A stretch of 32,000 bases of DNA from Microbacterium phage Kauala: sequence record MT657344.1, one strand, 5' to 3'. Position 1 is the stretch's first letter; every line of letters starts with the position of its first letter. A model generated the notes under the pieces. It ran no database searches and was not told the origin of the DNA. It worked only from the letters and a program-made list of their open reading frames with translations. Shown in pieces: positions 18,171 to 26,211 of the stretch. The position numbers and the translations under genes are program-made.

Positions 18171-19390
18171 TTCTTGGTTCCCTTCTTCTGGTTGGGGTAG
18201 TAGTCCAGGGGGTCACCCGTGGTCACGTACCTGGTTCGCTGTTCGATCTCGCTGGTGCCGTGCATCAGGTCCGCCACGGTGAGGTCCTTATAGTTGCACA
18301 TGTAGCCCGAGCAGGCGTGCAGGTTGCGCTCGACGCAGTCGGGGTCGTCCCACGAGTAGTTCAGAAGGCGCTTGGCCGTGGTCCTGAACGACTTCCACTG
18401 GCGTTCTGCCTGCTCCGGGGTGAACGTGAGCCGGTCACGACGGAAGGTCTCGGTGTAGTCCCGGTGCTTCAGCTCCACCAGGAACTCCTCAACGTACTGG
18501 CGCTCCTTGGGGTCCTCGATGGCCAGCAGGAACCTGCCCTTGATGCGTGTGGCCAGGTTGTTCTCGATGAGCCATTCTTCGTAGACCGGCAGCGTGGTCC
18601 CGCTGGGCTTGAGCGTCCTGCTCTGCAGCCCCTTGGTCGTCAGGCTGGGGGTCTTGATAGCGTTCGTCCGCATGTAGTCGTAGATGAACCCCTTGGGCTG
18701 CGGCAGCCCGAGCGCCAGGTACTCCGGGGCTTCCTCGCATGCCCAGAGGTAGGAGTAGTGCTGGAAGGCGAGCTCCCGATAGCGCCAGTCGGGGAGCGTG
18801 GCGTGTGTCTTGTGGTCACCGAGCCAGATGTCGCCAGCTTCGTCCTGCCACACGATATCGATGCGCCCCCGGTACAGCACCCGACCGCCGAACATGGGGC
18901 GCTCTACGGTCAGCTCAACGGCGATGGGGGTCAGCTTCTCCGTCCGGTAGACCCACTCGTACGAGAGCATCAGGTTATAGCACTCCTCGGCCAGGCCAGC
19001 AGTCTCCTCCTCGAAGGTGGTTCGCTCAGCTTCCTCGATGAGCTCCTGGTGCTTGGCCCGCCAGTCGCCGCCCTTGCCCCGCTCCTCCAGGAGGGCGTGG
19101 ACCCAGGTGCCACGGGTGAGAGGCTTCTTCTCGATGCGCGTGCGGAGGCCCAGGACGTAGGCGTAGTACGTCTCGCGAGGGCACTCAACGAACTTGGACA
19201 CCATGGACTGAGTGATGACGGGCCTGCCGTCGTCAGTCATGGGCCAGTTGCCCCGGTACTTGGCAGCGGGCTTCGTGCCCGTGCTGGGAAGCTGCTTCGC
19301 CTTGCCCTTAGAACTCTGCGAGGGCTTCACCGCCCCAGCAGCGCGAGATCGTGACGTCCGCTTTGAGGTAGAACTTTCTCGTGAGACCAT
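18167..19390 (-). CDS. PD-(D/E)XK nuclease, Cas4/RecB-like
   Basis: Up to 407 aa; TQSMVSKFVECPRETYYAYVLGLR, GTWVHALLE, YRGRIDIVWQDEAGDIWLGDHKTHAT, QHYSYLWA. Start uncertain (19390 or 19240). Confidence 0.82.
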   Translation of the reverse strand: MVSRESSTSKRTSRSRAAGAVKPSQSSKGKAKQLPSTGTKPAAKYRGNWPMTDDGRPVITQSMVSKFVECPRETYYAYVLGLRTRIEKKPLTRGTWVHALLEERGKGGDWRAKHQELIEEAERTTFEEETAGLAEECYNLMLSYEWVYRTEKLTPIAVELTVERPMFGGRVLYRGRIDIVWQDEAGDIWLGDHKTHATLPDWRYRELAFQHYSYLWACEEAPEYLALGLPQPKGFIYDYMRTNAIKTPSLTTKGLQSRTLKPSGTTLPVYEEWLIENNLATRIKGRFLLAIEDPKERQYVEEFLVELKHRDYTETFRRDRLTFTPEQAERQWKSFRTTAKRLLNYSWDDPDCVERNLHACSGYMCNYKDLTVADLMHGTSEIEQRTRYVTTGDPLDYYPNQKKGTKK

Positions 19391-21158
19391 TGTCAGCCCT
19401 TTCCATTGTCTCTTTTACGATCCGACCAACCTTGCGAGCCGTCTTGTATGGGGCAGTCAGGCAGACGCTGTCGTGGACCGTGGTTATTAGCTTAGCCCCC
19501 AGTGCAGGCAGGCGCAAGTCCCTAGCCAAGCGCCCCAGACTGATGAGCATGAAGTCGGAGCCGGTGCTCTGCACAGGAGAGTTGATCGCCTGTCGGAAGG
19601 CGTTCTCCTGAACCCAGTAGTCATCGGCGTACACCTTGGGCAAGTGACGGAAGCGGCCGAACTCGTTGTGGACGCCCCCGTACTCAATCGCCTCCTGGCG
19701 CTGCTGCCGATACCACGGCTGGAGGCCCGCGAAGGTGGCGAAGAACTCCTCACGGAAGGCCTCAGCCTCCTTGGGGGTAATCTTGACACCATAGTTCTCG
19801 AACAGGTAGTTCGCGAAGTGCTTGGCGTGCATGCCGTACAGGAAGCCGAAGTTGACACCCTTGGCGAGCGAGCGGTGTTCCTTGGTGATGTCATCACTGC
19901 GCACCAGGCGCTTCGCCATGTAGGTGTGGATGTCCTCGCCCGTTTCGAACAGCCGAAGCATCTCACGGTCGCCCGACATGACGGCAGCCACACGGAGCTC
20001 AAGCTGCGAGAAGTCTACTTCGATCCACGCCTGCCCGCGCTCCCCGAAGAGGTTGCGTGTGGCCTTGTCTCGCGGGATCTGCTGCGAGTTGAGGCCCGAC
20101 TTGTCACCGGGGTCGCTGCTGGACAGCCTGCCCGTAACCGTGCCCGTGAGCTTGAAGCTGGTGCCGATGCGTCCGTCTCGTGTGCGCTGCTCGATGGGCA
20201 CCAGGAAGCCGGTGAGCTGCTTATAGAGCGTACTGCGCTCACTGAGCAGCCTTGCGGCCGGATGGTCGATCTTGGCCAGGTCCTCCTGAGAGAGGCCGGG
20301 GTTGCCGTCGGGCCAGGTCTTGGTCGGCTTGGTGCGCCGGGGGCACATGGCTCCCTGATGAACGTACAGCCACCACTTCGTCCAGTTCGTGGCTCCCCAC
20401 TTGGGCTTCGTCTTCTGCAGCCAGTCGGGCCACTGCTCCTTCGGGGGGATGCTGGCGTCAAGCTTCTGCTCAATCTCGTGGATGCGCTGCTCCACCTGGT
20501 CCTTCGTCTTACGGACAAGGCCCAGCCGGACGGGCAGCTTATTGTCTTCCATCTGGCGGAGGGCAGGGCTGGCAGGCAGCATGACCTCGCGCATGACGCG
20601 CACCGGGTCCTCGTAGGGCTTCAGGTTCTTCCTGATGTGGCGTCGCTGCCACTTCATCAGCTCACGGGTGATGTGAACGTCCTTGCCCGCGTAGACGCTG
20701 ACCCGCTTCTTGCTCGCTGCGGGCAGCTTGCGATCAGCCCAGGTCTGGCCGAACTCGTCACCGAAGTGGCTGACGTCGTCATCGGACCAGTCTTCATAGC
20801 CCAGCAGCCGCATCCCCAAGGGCTTCAGGCCGACAGGGTGGTTCTCGTCCAGCAAGTGCGCCATGAACATTGTGTCCCAGGTGACGCGCACCTTGGCACC
20901 GTAGCTCTCCAGCCAGCGGCAGTCGAACGGCGAGTTGTGCGCGACACCGTTGCGGATGCGGAGCTTGGCGATCTCCTGCGGGGACTGGGGCCACCAGACC
21001 ATGACATCATCCCGGTCGTACGGCGCGAAGGCCACACAGAGAAGCTGGCCCTGGCTGACCATGAGAGACGTGGTCTCGATGTCGAAGATGAGCGGGGCGG
21101 TTGACTGGGCGAGGTACGCCTTGACCTCTTGCCAGTCGTCGCTGACGAGTAGTTGCAT
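19308..21158 (-). CDS. DNA polymerase I (family A) with 3'-5' exonuclease domain
   Basis: 616 aa; FDIETTSL, HNSPFDCRWL (exo); WIEVDFSQLELRVAA (motif A), HRSLAKGVNFGFLYG (motif B), ITTVHDSV (motif C). Confidence 0.95.
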   Translation of the reverse strand: MQLLVSDDWQEVKAYLAQSTAPLIFDIETTSLMVSQGQLLCVAFAPYDRDDVMVWWPQSPQEIAKLRIRNGVAHNSPFDCRWLESYGAKVRVTWDTMFMAHLLDENHPVGLKPLGMRLLGYEDWSDDDVSHFGDEFGQTWADRKLPAASKKRVSVYAGKDVHITRELMKWQRRHIRKNLKPYEDPVRVMREVMLPASPALRQMEDNKLPVRLGLVRKTKDQVEQRIHEIEQKLDASIPPKEQWPDWLQKTKPKWGATNWTKWWLYVHQGAMCPRRTKPTKTWPDGNPGLSQEDLAKIDHPAARLLSERSTLYKQLTGFLVPIEQRTRDGRIGTSFKLTGTVTGRLSSSDPGDKSGLNSQQIPRDKATRNLFGERGQAWIEVDFSQLELRVAAVMSGDREMLRLFETGEDIHTYMAKRLVRSDDITKEHRSLAKGVNFGFLYGMHAKHFANYLFENYGVKITPKEAEAFREEFFATFAGLQPWYRQQRQEAIEYGGVHNEFGRFRHLPKVYADDYWVQENAFRQAINSPVQSTGSDFMLISLGRLARDLRLPALGAKLITTVHDSVCLTAPYKTARKVGRIVKETMERADNGLTRKFYLKADVTISRCWGGEALAEF

Positions 21159-21199
21159 AGGTGGAACTCCTACTTGAAGGGGCTATGAAGTTGTGAGAG

Positions 21200-21278
21200 T
21201 AGGCCGCCCAGGACTCGAACCTGGACCGAGGGTGCGCGATGCTTTTCCCCTCGCCTCTGCCCGTTGGGGTAGCGGCCT
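21200..21278 (-). tRNA. tRNA-like element; acceptor and T arms canonical, anticodon arm aberrant; isotype unassigned (possible degenerate tRNA)
   Basis: Minus strand AGGCCGC TA CCCCAACGGGCAGAGG CGAGGG GAAAAGCATCGCGCA CCCTCG GT CCAGG TTCGAGT CCTGG GCGGCCT A. 7-bp acceptor and 5-bp T stem with TTCGAGT loop are perfect; no 7-nt anticodon loop with U33. Confidence 0.55.
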
Positions 21279-21287
21279 AAGTGGCGA

Positions 21288-21324
21288 ACCCCCTGCCACC
21301 GATTCGGGTCAGGTAGCAGGGGGT
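21288..21324 (-). terminator. strong hairpin between the H1-tail gene stop and tRNA-like element
   Basis: ACCCCCTGCCACC (21288-21300) / GGTAGCAGGGGGT (21312-21324), 12 of 13 positions pair, 11-nt loop; just downstream of the minus-strand gene ending at 21334. Confidence 0.6.
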
Positions 21325-21333
21325 CGCTGGGGG

Positions 21334-21774
21334 TCACCGCTGGGGGCGGCGACGCGTGGTGGTCTTGGCCGGGGCGTCCTTGGCAGCGGCGGACTTCGCC
21401 GTGCGCTTGGCCGGAGCCTTGGCTGCGGGCTTCGCTGCGGCCTTGGCCGGTGCCTTCTTCGCCGTGGCCTTGGGGGCGGGCTTCTCGTCGGCCTCGGCGC
21501 GGCTGCCACGCTCCAGGGTCCAGCCGGTGGGGAGCTCGTCGACGCCGTTGATGGTCTGCGCGATGAGGTCGTCCAGCGTGCCCTCGTTGATCGCGTTGAC
21601 GAAGGCGAAGTACGCCAGCGCTCGGAGGCCCTTGAGGCGGCTGCGCTTGACCGACACGCCGAAGGTGTCGACGACCTGCGCGATGGCGTCCTCGATGATG
21701 GCCTTGGGGGTCGGCTCGGCCTCGGTGGCCTCGAGCTCCTCGTCCAGGACGGCTGCGGTGTTCTTCGTGGCCAT
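21334..21774 (-). CDS. nucleoid-type protein with histone H1-like Lys/Ala/Pro tail
   Basis: 146 aa; KPAPKATAKKAPAKAAAKPAAKAPAKRTAKSAAAKDAPAKTTTRRRPQR C-terminus. Confidence 0.75.
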   Translation of the reverse strand: MATKNTAAVLDEELEATEAEPTPKAIIEDAIAQVVDTFGVSVKRSRLKGLRALAYFAFVNAINEGTLDDLIAQTINGVDELPTGWTLERGSRAEADEKPAPKATAKKAPAKAAAKPAAKAPAKRTAKSAAAKDAPAKTTTRRRPQR

Positions 21775-21836
21775 GATGTTCTCCTTGTTAGTGGCCGGAT
21801 GGTGGACTTGCGGGGGCTGCTTGCCCTGTAACCTCT

Positions 21837-21866
21837 ACAGTAGCATCACCGCCAGCTAGGCTCCAA
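21837..21866 (-). promoter_or_regulatory. putative promoter TTGGAG-N18-TACTGT
   Basis: -35 complement at 21861-21866, -10 complement at 21837-21842; overlaps the 3' end of the helicase gene, upstream of the H1-tail gene. Confidence 0.45.
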
Positions 21867-23235
21867 GACCCCTGCGAGAAATTCTTTTGATCGTCTTGGT
21901 CAGGTGGTCGTGGTCCTCCTGCAGGGTGATCCACACGTCTTCGTCCACGGTGCCCCGGCCAGCCAGGAACCAGACCGTAGGCTTGGCGGGCGACAGCTTG
22001 ATGCGGTCGCTGGCCTGCTTGAACGTGACGTACGAGAAGTCGCTGGTGTACCAGATCAGGTCGTTGGCCACCGAGATGTCCACTGCCATCGCCACGGTCC
22101 GGGGCTGCACCAGCAGCACGCGCACGTCGCGGTCCCGCTGGAAGTCCTCAATGACGTGGTTCTTGTTCTTCACCTTGCCGGTGATGACCCGGTAGCCAAG
22201 CCCCTTCCGGCGTAGCCAGCGCTCCACCAGCCTGATCTCCCGGATGTGTGTGCAGGCGATGATGATCTTGCCCTTGCAGCGCTTATCTACGATGTGGCCA
22301 AGGGCACCGAGTCGGGCGCGGGCAGCCTCCGGGACGGCGAACTGGTTGTCCTCGTCGTCGGTGACCCACCCTGCGACAAGGGTGCGCATCCGGAGCAGTC
22401 GTGTCAAGGGGTTGAGGGCTGCCACGTCGTGCCCCAGCAGGTCTTCCACGACACCCTTCTTGAAGAGGGTCTTGTGCCACTCCATCACCTGGGCGGGCAC
22501 GGGGTAGCGCACCTTGCGGATCGGCACGGGGTCCCCAGCGCCGGTCATCGTGATGACATGCGGCTGGATGTACTGGTTCAGCTCGTACTGGTTGCGCGGG
22601 CGGATCAGTTCGGGGAAGCCCTTCTTGGTTGTCCACTCGCCGAAGTGCTCGCGGAAGTCGCGTGCCGTCTCCCACTTGTCACGGATGCTGGGATCCAGGA
22701 ACGTCCACTGCCCGTAGACGGCGTCCACCTGGTTAGGGTTCGTGACGGGGGTGCCTGTCATCAGAAGCCGATAGTGCCACTGGTGCGCCAGCGGCCGGAT
22801 GTTGCGGCCTGTCACCCCGGAGGGCTTCTTGATGATGTGGCTCTCGTCCAGCAGCATCGCGCCTTGGCCCCCGGCCAGGTCAGACATCTTCTTCAGGAAG
22901 GGCTTCAGCCGCTTGAACGGACACTTGGTGAACTGCTCGTAGTTGACGAACAGGATAGTGATGCCCTTGAACTGGCTGGGGTCGGGGTACTCGTTGCCAG
23001 CCGTCAGCGGGAAGAACCGATACTCCTTGCGGAGCCACTTGGCAGCTTCCGTCTTCCATGTGGCCTCAGCCACCTTCGGCCCCAGCACCACGGCCACACG
23101 GGGGGCAACGTGCTCTATCCAGCGAAGGGCGACTGCAGTCTTGCCCGAGCGCGGCTCTGCCCAGAGGGCAGCGAAGTGACGGCCAGGCTCGCACAGCCGT
23201 TCCAACGCTACCCTCTGGGAATCACGGAGCTTCAT
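21856..23235 (-). CDS. SNF2/DEAD-type helicase
   Basis: 459 aa from ATG 23235 (MKLRDSQRVALERLCEPGRHFAALWAEPRSGKTAVALRW), LLDESHIIKK, LLMTGTPVTN, C-terminal helicase region. ORF-track start at 23469 is too far upstream. Confidence 0.88.
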   Translation of the reverse strand: MKLRDSQRVALERLCEPGRHFAALWAEPRSGKTAVALRWIEHVAPRVAVVLGPKVAEATWKTEAAKWLRKEYRFFPLTAGNEYPDPSQFKGITILFVNYEQFTKCPFKRLKPFLKKMSDLAGGQGAMLLDESHIIKKPSGVTGRNIRPLAHQWHYRLLMTGTPVTNPNQVDAVYGQWTFLDPSIRDKWETARDFREHFGEWTTKKGFPELIRPRNQYELNQYIQPHVITMTGAGDPVPIRKVRYPVPAQVMEWHKTLFKKGVVEDLLGHDVAALNPLTRLLRMRTLVAGWVTDDEDNQFAVPEAARARLGALGHIVDKRCKGKIIIACTHIREIRLVERWLRRKGLGYRVITGKVKNKNHVIEDFQRDRDVRVLLVQPRTVAMAVDISVANDLIWYTSDFSYVTFKQASDRIKLSPAKPTVWFLAGRGTVDEDVWITLQEDHDHLTKTIKRISRRGLGA

Positions 23236-23336
23236 CGCCATGCCCGATACCATTCGTACGCGACCCAGCAGGCCAGGCCGAACGCCGTCAGGACCACGGT
23301 GCCCGGGATGATGAGCAGCAGCCACCAGGGGTTCAC
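23232..23336 (-). CDS. 34-aa single-pass membrane peptide (GTG start)
   Basis: VNPWWLLLIIPGTVVLTAFGLACWVAYEWYRAWR*; SD GGAGG upstream; GTGA overlap with the previous stop (23333) and ATGA overlap with the helicase start. Confidence 0.65.
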   Translation of the reverse strand: MNPWWLLLIIPGTVVLTAFGLACWVAYEWYRAWR

Positions 23337-23602
23337 GGTCGCCTCCCCGCTGCTGCCCAGCCCCGCGCGATGCCCTCAGCGGCATCCACCAGGCTGTCAC
23401 GGATGGCCCGGAGGCTGGCCCCCAAGGCTTCCGCCCCGTTCTGGAACGCGATGCGGGCAGCCTCGGCACGCTCCGCGTCCAGCTTCTTGGCGTAGTCCTC
23501 GGGGGTCATGCCCTCGATGCGGGCCATAGCGATCAGGTAGTTGCGCTCAATGCCGCGCTTGATGCGCCTGTCGGCTGCGGCGAACTCCTTCTCCAGGTCC
23601 AT
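23333..23602 (-). CDS. hypothetical coiled-coil protein
   Basis: 89 aa from ATG 23602 (MDLEKEFAAADRRIKRGIERN...); TAATG overlap with the preceding gene. Confidence 0.7.
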   Translation of the reverse strand: MDLEKEFAAADRRIKRGIERNYLIAMARIEGMTPEDYAKKLDAERAEAARIAFQNGAEALGASLRAIRDSLVDAAEGIARGWAAAGRRP

Positions 23603-23826
23603 TAGATGGTCACCTCCCACCAGCGCCAGGTGAACACCACGATGTCCTCGCGCTTGTTCTCCTCGCGAGTGAGGGTAGCCTCGGCGGGCACCCCTGCATG
23701 ACTGGCCCGTGCCTGGATGTCCTGTTCCAGGTCGCCACGGGATTCAATCATGAGCAGCTTGCTCACTTCGTAGGCGTAGGTCTTGACCTCGATCTGGGGG
23801 CGCTGCCCCGTCACCAGCTTGGCCAT
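23602..23826 (-). CDS. hypothetical protein
   Basis: 74 aa from ATG 23826 (MAKLVTGQRPQIEVKTYAYEVSKLLMIESRGDLEQDIQARA...). Confidence 0.7.
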   Translation of the reverse strand: MAKLVTGQRPQIEVKTYAYEVSKLLMIESRGDLEQDIQARASHAGVPAEATLTREENKREDIVVFTWRWWEVTI

Positions 23827-23827
23827 G

Positions 23828-24805
23828 TCACACCCTCCAGGCTTCCAGGTTGCCCATGCCGTTCTCGATGATGCCTGCCAGGTTCGGGCGGAAGTAGTTC
23901 GGCCCCTTCTTGACACGGCCAGGGAAGATGCCGTCGGGGTCGTTCTCCCCCGCGATGATCGCCTTGCCGTCCTCGCCGAACTTGCTCATGTTGCTGCGGT
24001 GGACCTCGTCGAAGAGCACGCGGGCATCCAGCCCGGTCTCAACCATAAGGCCGAACACCACGTAGAGCAGGTCAACGCACGCGTCGGCCGTCTCCACGAT
24101 GTCGCCGACCACCAGCGCGTCCTGAAGCTCCTGGAACTCCTCCTCGATGAGCTGCACCCGAAGGCCGATGCGCTCTTCGGGCAGCGGGGTCGCAGTGGAC
24201 AGCACGGGGAGATCCATGGCGCGCTGGAACTCGATGACGGCAGCCTGCATCGGGTTGATGGTCGTGGCCTCCGTCACGGCGCTGGCAGCGTGCCCCCGTG
24301 CATATGTCTGGATGACCTCCCACTGGGCAGCCGTGAACACCTGGCCTCCCAGCTCCACCGTGTGGTCGTCTGCTGCGCTGCCCTTGGGGGTGCTCAGCCC
24401 GTGGTGGAAGCCCTCCTCGTAGCCCCCGTCGCTGTAGGCGAGGCGGGCCTGCTCCTCCACGACCTCCACCGGGGCATTGACCCAGTCCTGGTCGCGCAAG
24501 GCGTCGTGACGCACCGCGCCGATGTCCTGCAGACGACGGGCCAGCACATAGTCGCCCCCGCTGGTGTGGCCGACCGGCTGGTACTGGTCCTCGAACTGCT
24601 CAGCGCTGTACGGGGTGAAGCTGCCGTCTGCCATCTTGACGATGTAGTCGCCGGGGACTGCGGTGTGCTTGCCCAGCGTGATCCACCAGCCGTCGCTGGA
24701 CGACTGCACCTTGTTCCCGTTGCACCACTTGGCAACCTCGTCCACGCGGGCCACATCGAAGCGCTGGGCCTCGACGACGCTGTTCTTGATCTGGTACTCG
24801 CTCAC
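23828..24805 (-). CDS. MazG-like nucleotide pyrophosphohydrolase domain protein
   Basis: 325 aa; C-terminal VQLIEEEFQELQDALVVGDIVETADACVDLLYVVFGLMVETGLDARVLFDEVHRSNMSKFG, the MazG-type EExxE...ExxD signature. Confidence 0.82.
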   Translation of the reverse strand: MSEYQIKNSVVEAQRFDVARVDEVAKWCNGNKVQSSSDGWWITLGKHTAVPGDYIVKMADGSFTPYSAEQFEDQYQPVGHTSGGDYVLARRLQDIGAVRHDALRDQDWVNAPVEVVEEQARLAYSDGGYEEGFHHGLSTPKGSAADDHTVELGGQVFTAAQWEVIQTYARGHAASAVTEATTINPMQAAVIEFQRAMDLPVLSTATPLPEERIGLRVQLIEEEFQELQDALVVGDIVETADACVDLLYVVFGLMVETGLDARVLFDEVHRSNMSKFGEDGKAIIAGENDPDGIFPGRVKKGPNYFRPNLAGIIENGMGNLEAWRV

Positions 24806-25611
24806 TGGGGGTTCCCCTTCCGTTCCTTGCGCACGTAGCGCTGTTCCTTTTCGAATGCTTCTGTCATGCGGTCAACCTCGTCCCAGTTCACCAGGCGGGG
24901 GTCCTTGGGGTCCTCGCTGCTGAACGGGCTGATGACGACCTGCACGGCCTCGGCGAAGCCACGGGCCTCGTCCTTGATGGACGCCTTGACCTTGGGGTCG
25001 TCCTCGTCGTCAGCAAGCTGGGCGAGGTCATTGTAGGCGTTGTAGAGCTTGCGGGTGATCTGCGCCCCCACTACGTCCCCGGCCTTGAGCACCGAGTTGA
25101 AGCGGACGCGCCGGTCCCGCACATGTGAGAAGGCGCTGGTCACCAAGTACCGGGCGATCTCCTCGCTGGTTTCGTGGCCAGCGTCAAGCGCGGCCTCTAT
25201 GGCTTCGGTGATGACGTCCACCGTGCTGACACGACCTTCGCGCATCTTCTCCCGGTCATCAATCACCGCGAAGATGATGCCCTGCCCGCCGAAGACCGTT
25301 TCGTACTGGTGACAGTCGCAAGTGCATTTCGTGTCCTTGCACTTGAGGTGAGAATCCTCGTTGCTGGGGTGCGCACAGAAGCCTGACTTCGTCATGGGCT
25401 TGTGCCCCGACTTGCGCTCGGCCATCTTGACCTCCTTGTGTTTCTGAATGATTAGCCCCTCGTCAAAGTAGCGATCCAGTTCCTGGAGGGCTTCCTTGCG
25501 TGTGGCCTTGGACAGTGTCTTGTCCTCCGACCTGGTGTGCAGCACCCCCACCTTGAACAGATGGTCGAAGTGGGGGTGCTGGCGCACGTCAGAGGCGGTT
25601 CTGCTCTTCAT
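24802..25611 (-). CDS. hypothetical protein with Cys/His cluster
   Basis: Up to 269 aa; GFCAHPSNEDSHLKCKDTKCTCDCHQ. Alternative start at 25425 (MAERKSGHKP). Confidence 0.65.
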   Translation of the reverse strand: MKSRTASDVRQHPHFDHLFKVGVLHTRSEDKTLSKATRKEALQELDRYFDEGLIIQKHKEVKMAERKSGHKPMTKSGFCAHPSNEDSHLKCKDTKCTCDCHQYETVFGGQGIIFAVIDDREKMREGRVSTVDVITEAIEAALDAGHETSEEIARYLVTSAFSHVRDRRVRFNSVLKAGDVVGAQITRKLYNAYNDLAQLADDEDDPKVKASIKDEARGFAEAVQVVISPFSSEDPKDPRLVNWDEVDRMTEAFEKEQRYVRKERKGNPQ

Positions 25612-26176
25612 ACCTCAGCAGCTCCAGCAGCGACTCGTCGTCGTTCACCAGGCGCTCCGCCACGGTGCCCCACTCGAACACGGGGCTGCTGAAGTCCACC
25701 AGGCGCTGAGAGAAGCCTCCGCCGTTGTCCAGGTCGTTAGTGACCTCCAGCACCGTCACCGTCTTGAACAGTGAGAAGTCCTGCGCGTGGTTGTACTCCA
25801 CCAGGAACTGAGTCCAGTATGCGTACCCCCTGGTCACCGAGGCGAGCCTGCCCTTGTCGTACAGCTCGTCCTTGATGCCTGCTGCCCGGTCGCGCTTGTG
25901 CAGCTTGACCACCAGGTGAGTATCGGGCATGGCGAACACGGTGCGCACACGGGCATCGTTCCACTCGTGGTCGGGCATGGCCAGCCGGTAGACCATGTGA
26001 GTCAGCCAGTCGATACGGTCGTAGGTGATGGGCAGCTCCGGCGCTGCCAGGTGGTCGGCCTGCATGACGGCGTGCTTGTCCTTGGTGGCGTTGTAGATGG
26101 CCTCCCCGCTGGCTGCGAGGTTGTTGGCGCTGGTGGACTTGCCGGTCTTGTCGGGTCCCTCGAATGCGATGAACAT
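25589..26176 (-). CDS. thymidylate kinase-like dNMP kinase
   Basis: 195 aa; MFIAFEGPDKTGKSTSANNLA (TMPK-type P-loop), YDRIDWLTHMVYRL, HLVVKLHKRDR. Confidence 0.75.
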   Translation of the reverse strand: MFIAFEGPDKTGKSTSANNLAASGEAIYNATKDKHAVMQADHLAAPELPITYDRIDWLTHMVYRLAMPDHEWNDARVRTVFAMPDTHLVVKLHKRDRAAGIKDELYDKGRLASVTRGYAYWTQFLVEYNHAQDFSLFKTVTVLEVTNDLDNGGGFSQRLVDFSSPVFEWGTVAERLVNDDESLLELLRYEEQNRL

Positions 26177-26211
26177 GGTGCTCTCCTTGTTGTGATGGGT
26201 ACTGCGGGGCT

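Noticed and set aside
18034-18216. N-terminal extension of the Sak4-like ATPase in the ORF track
   Set aside because: The extension overlaps the zinc-finger ORF out of frame; the P-loop begins right after ATG 18033.
18158-21104. Plus-strand ORFs of 398 and 486 aa opposite the nuclease and DNA polymerase genes
   Set aside because: Antisense to genes with unambiguous catalytic motifs.
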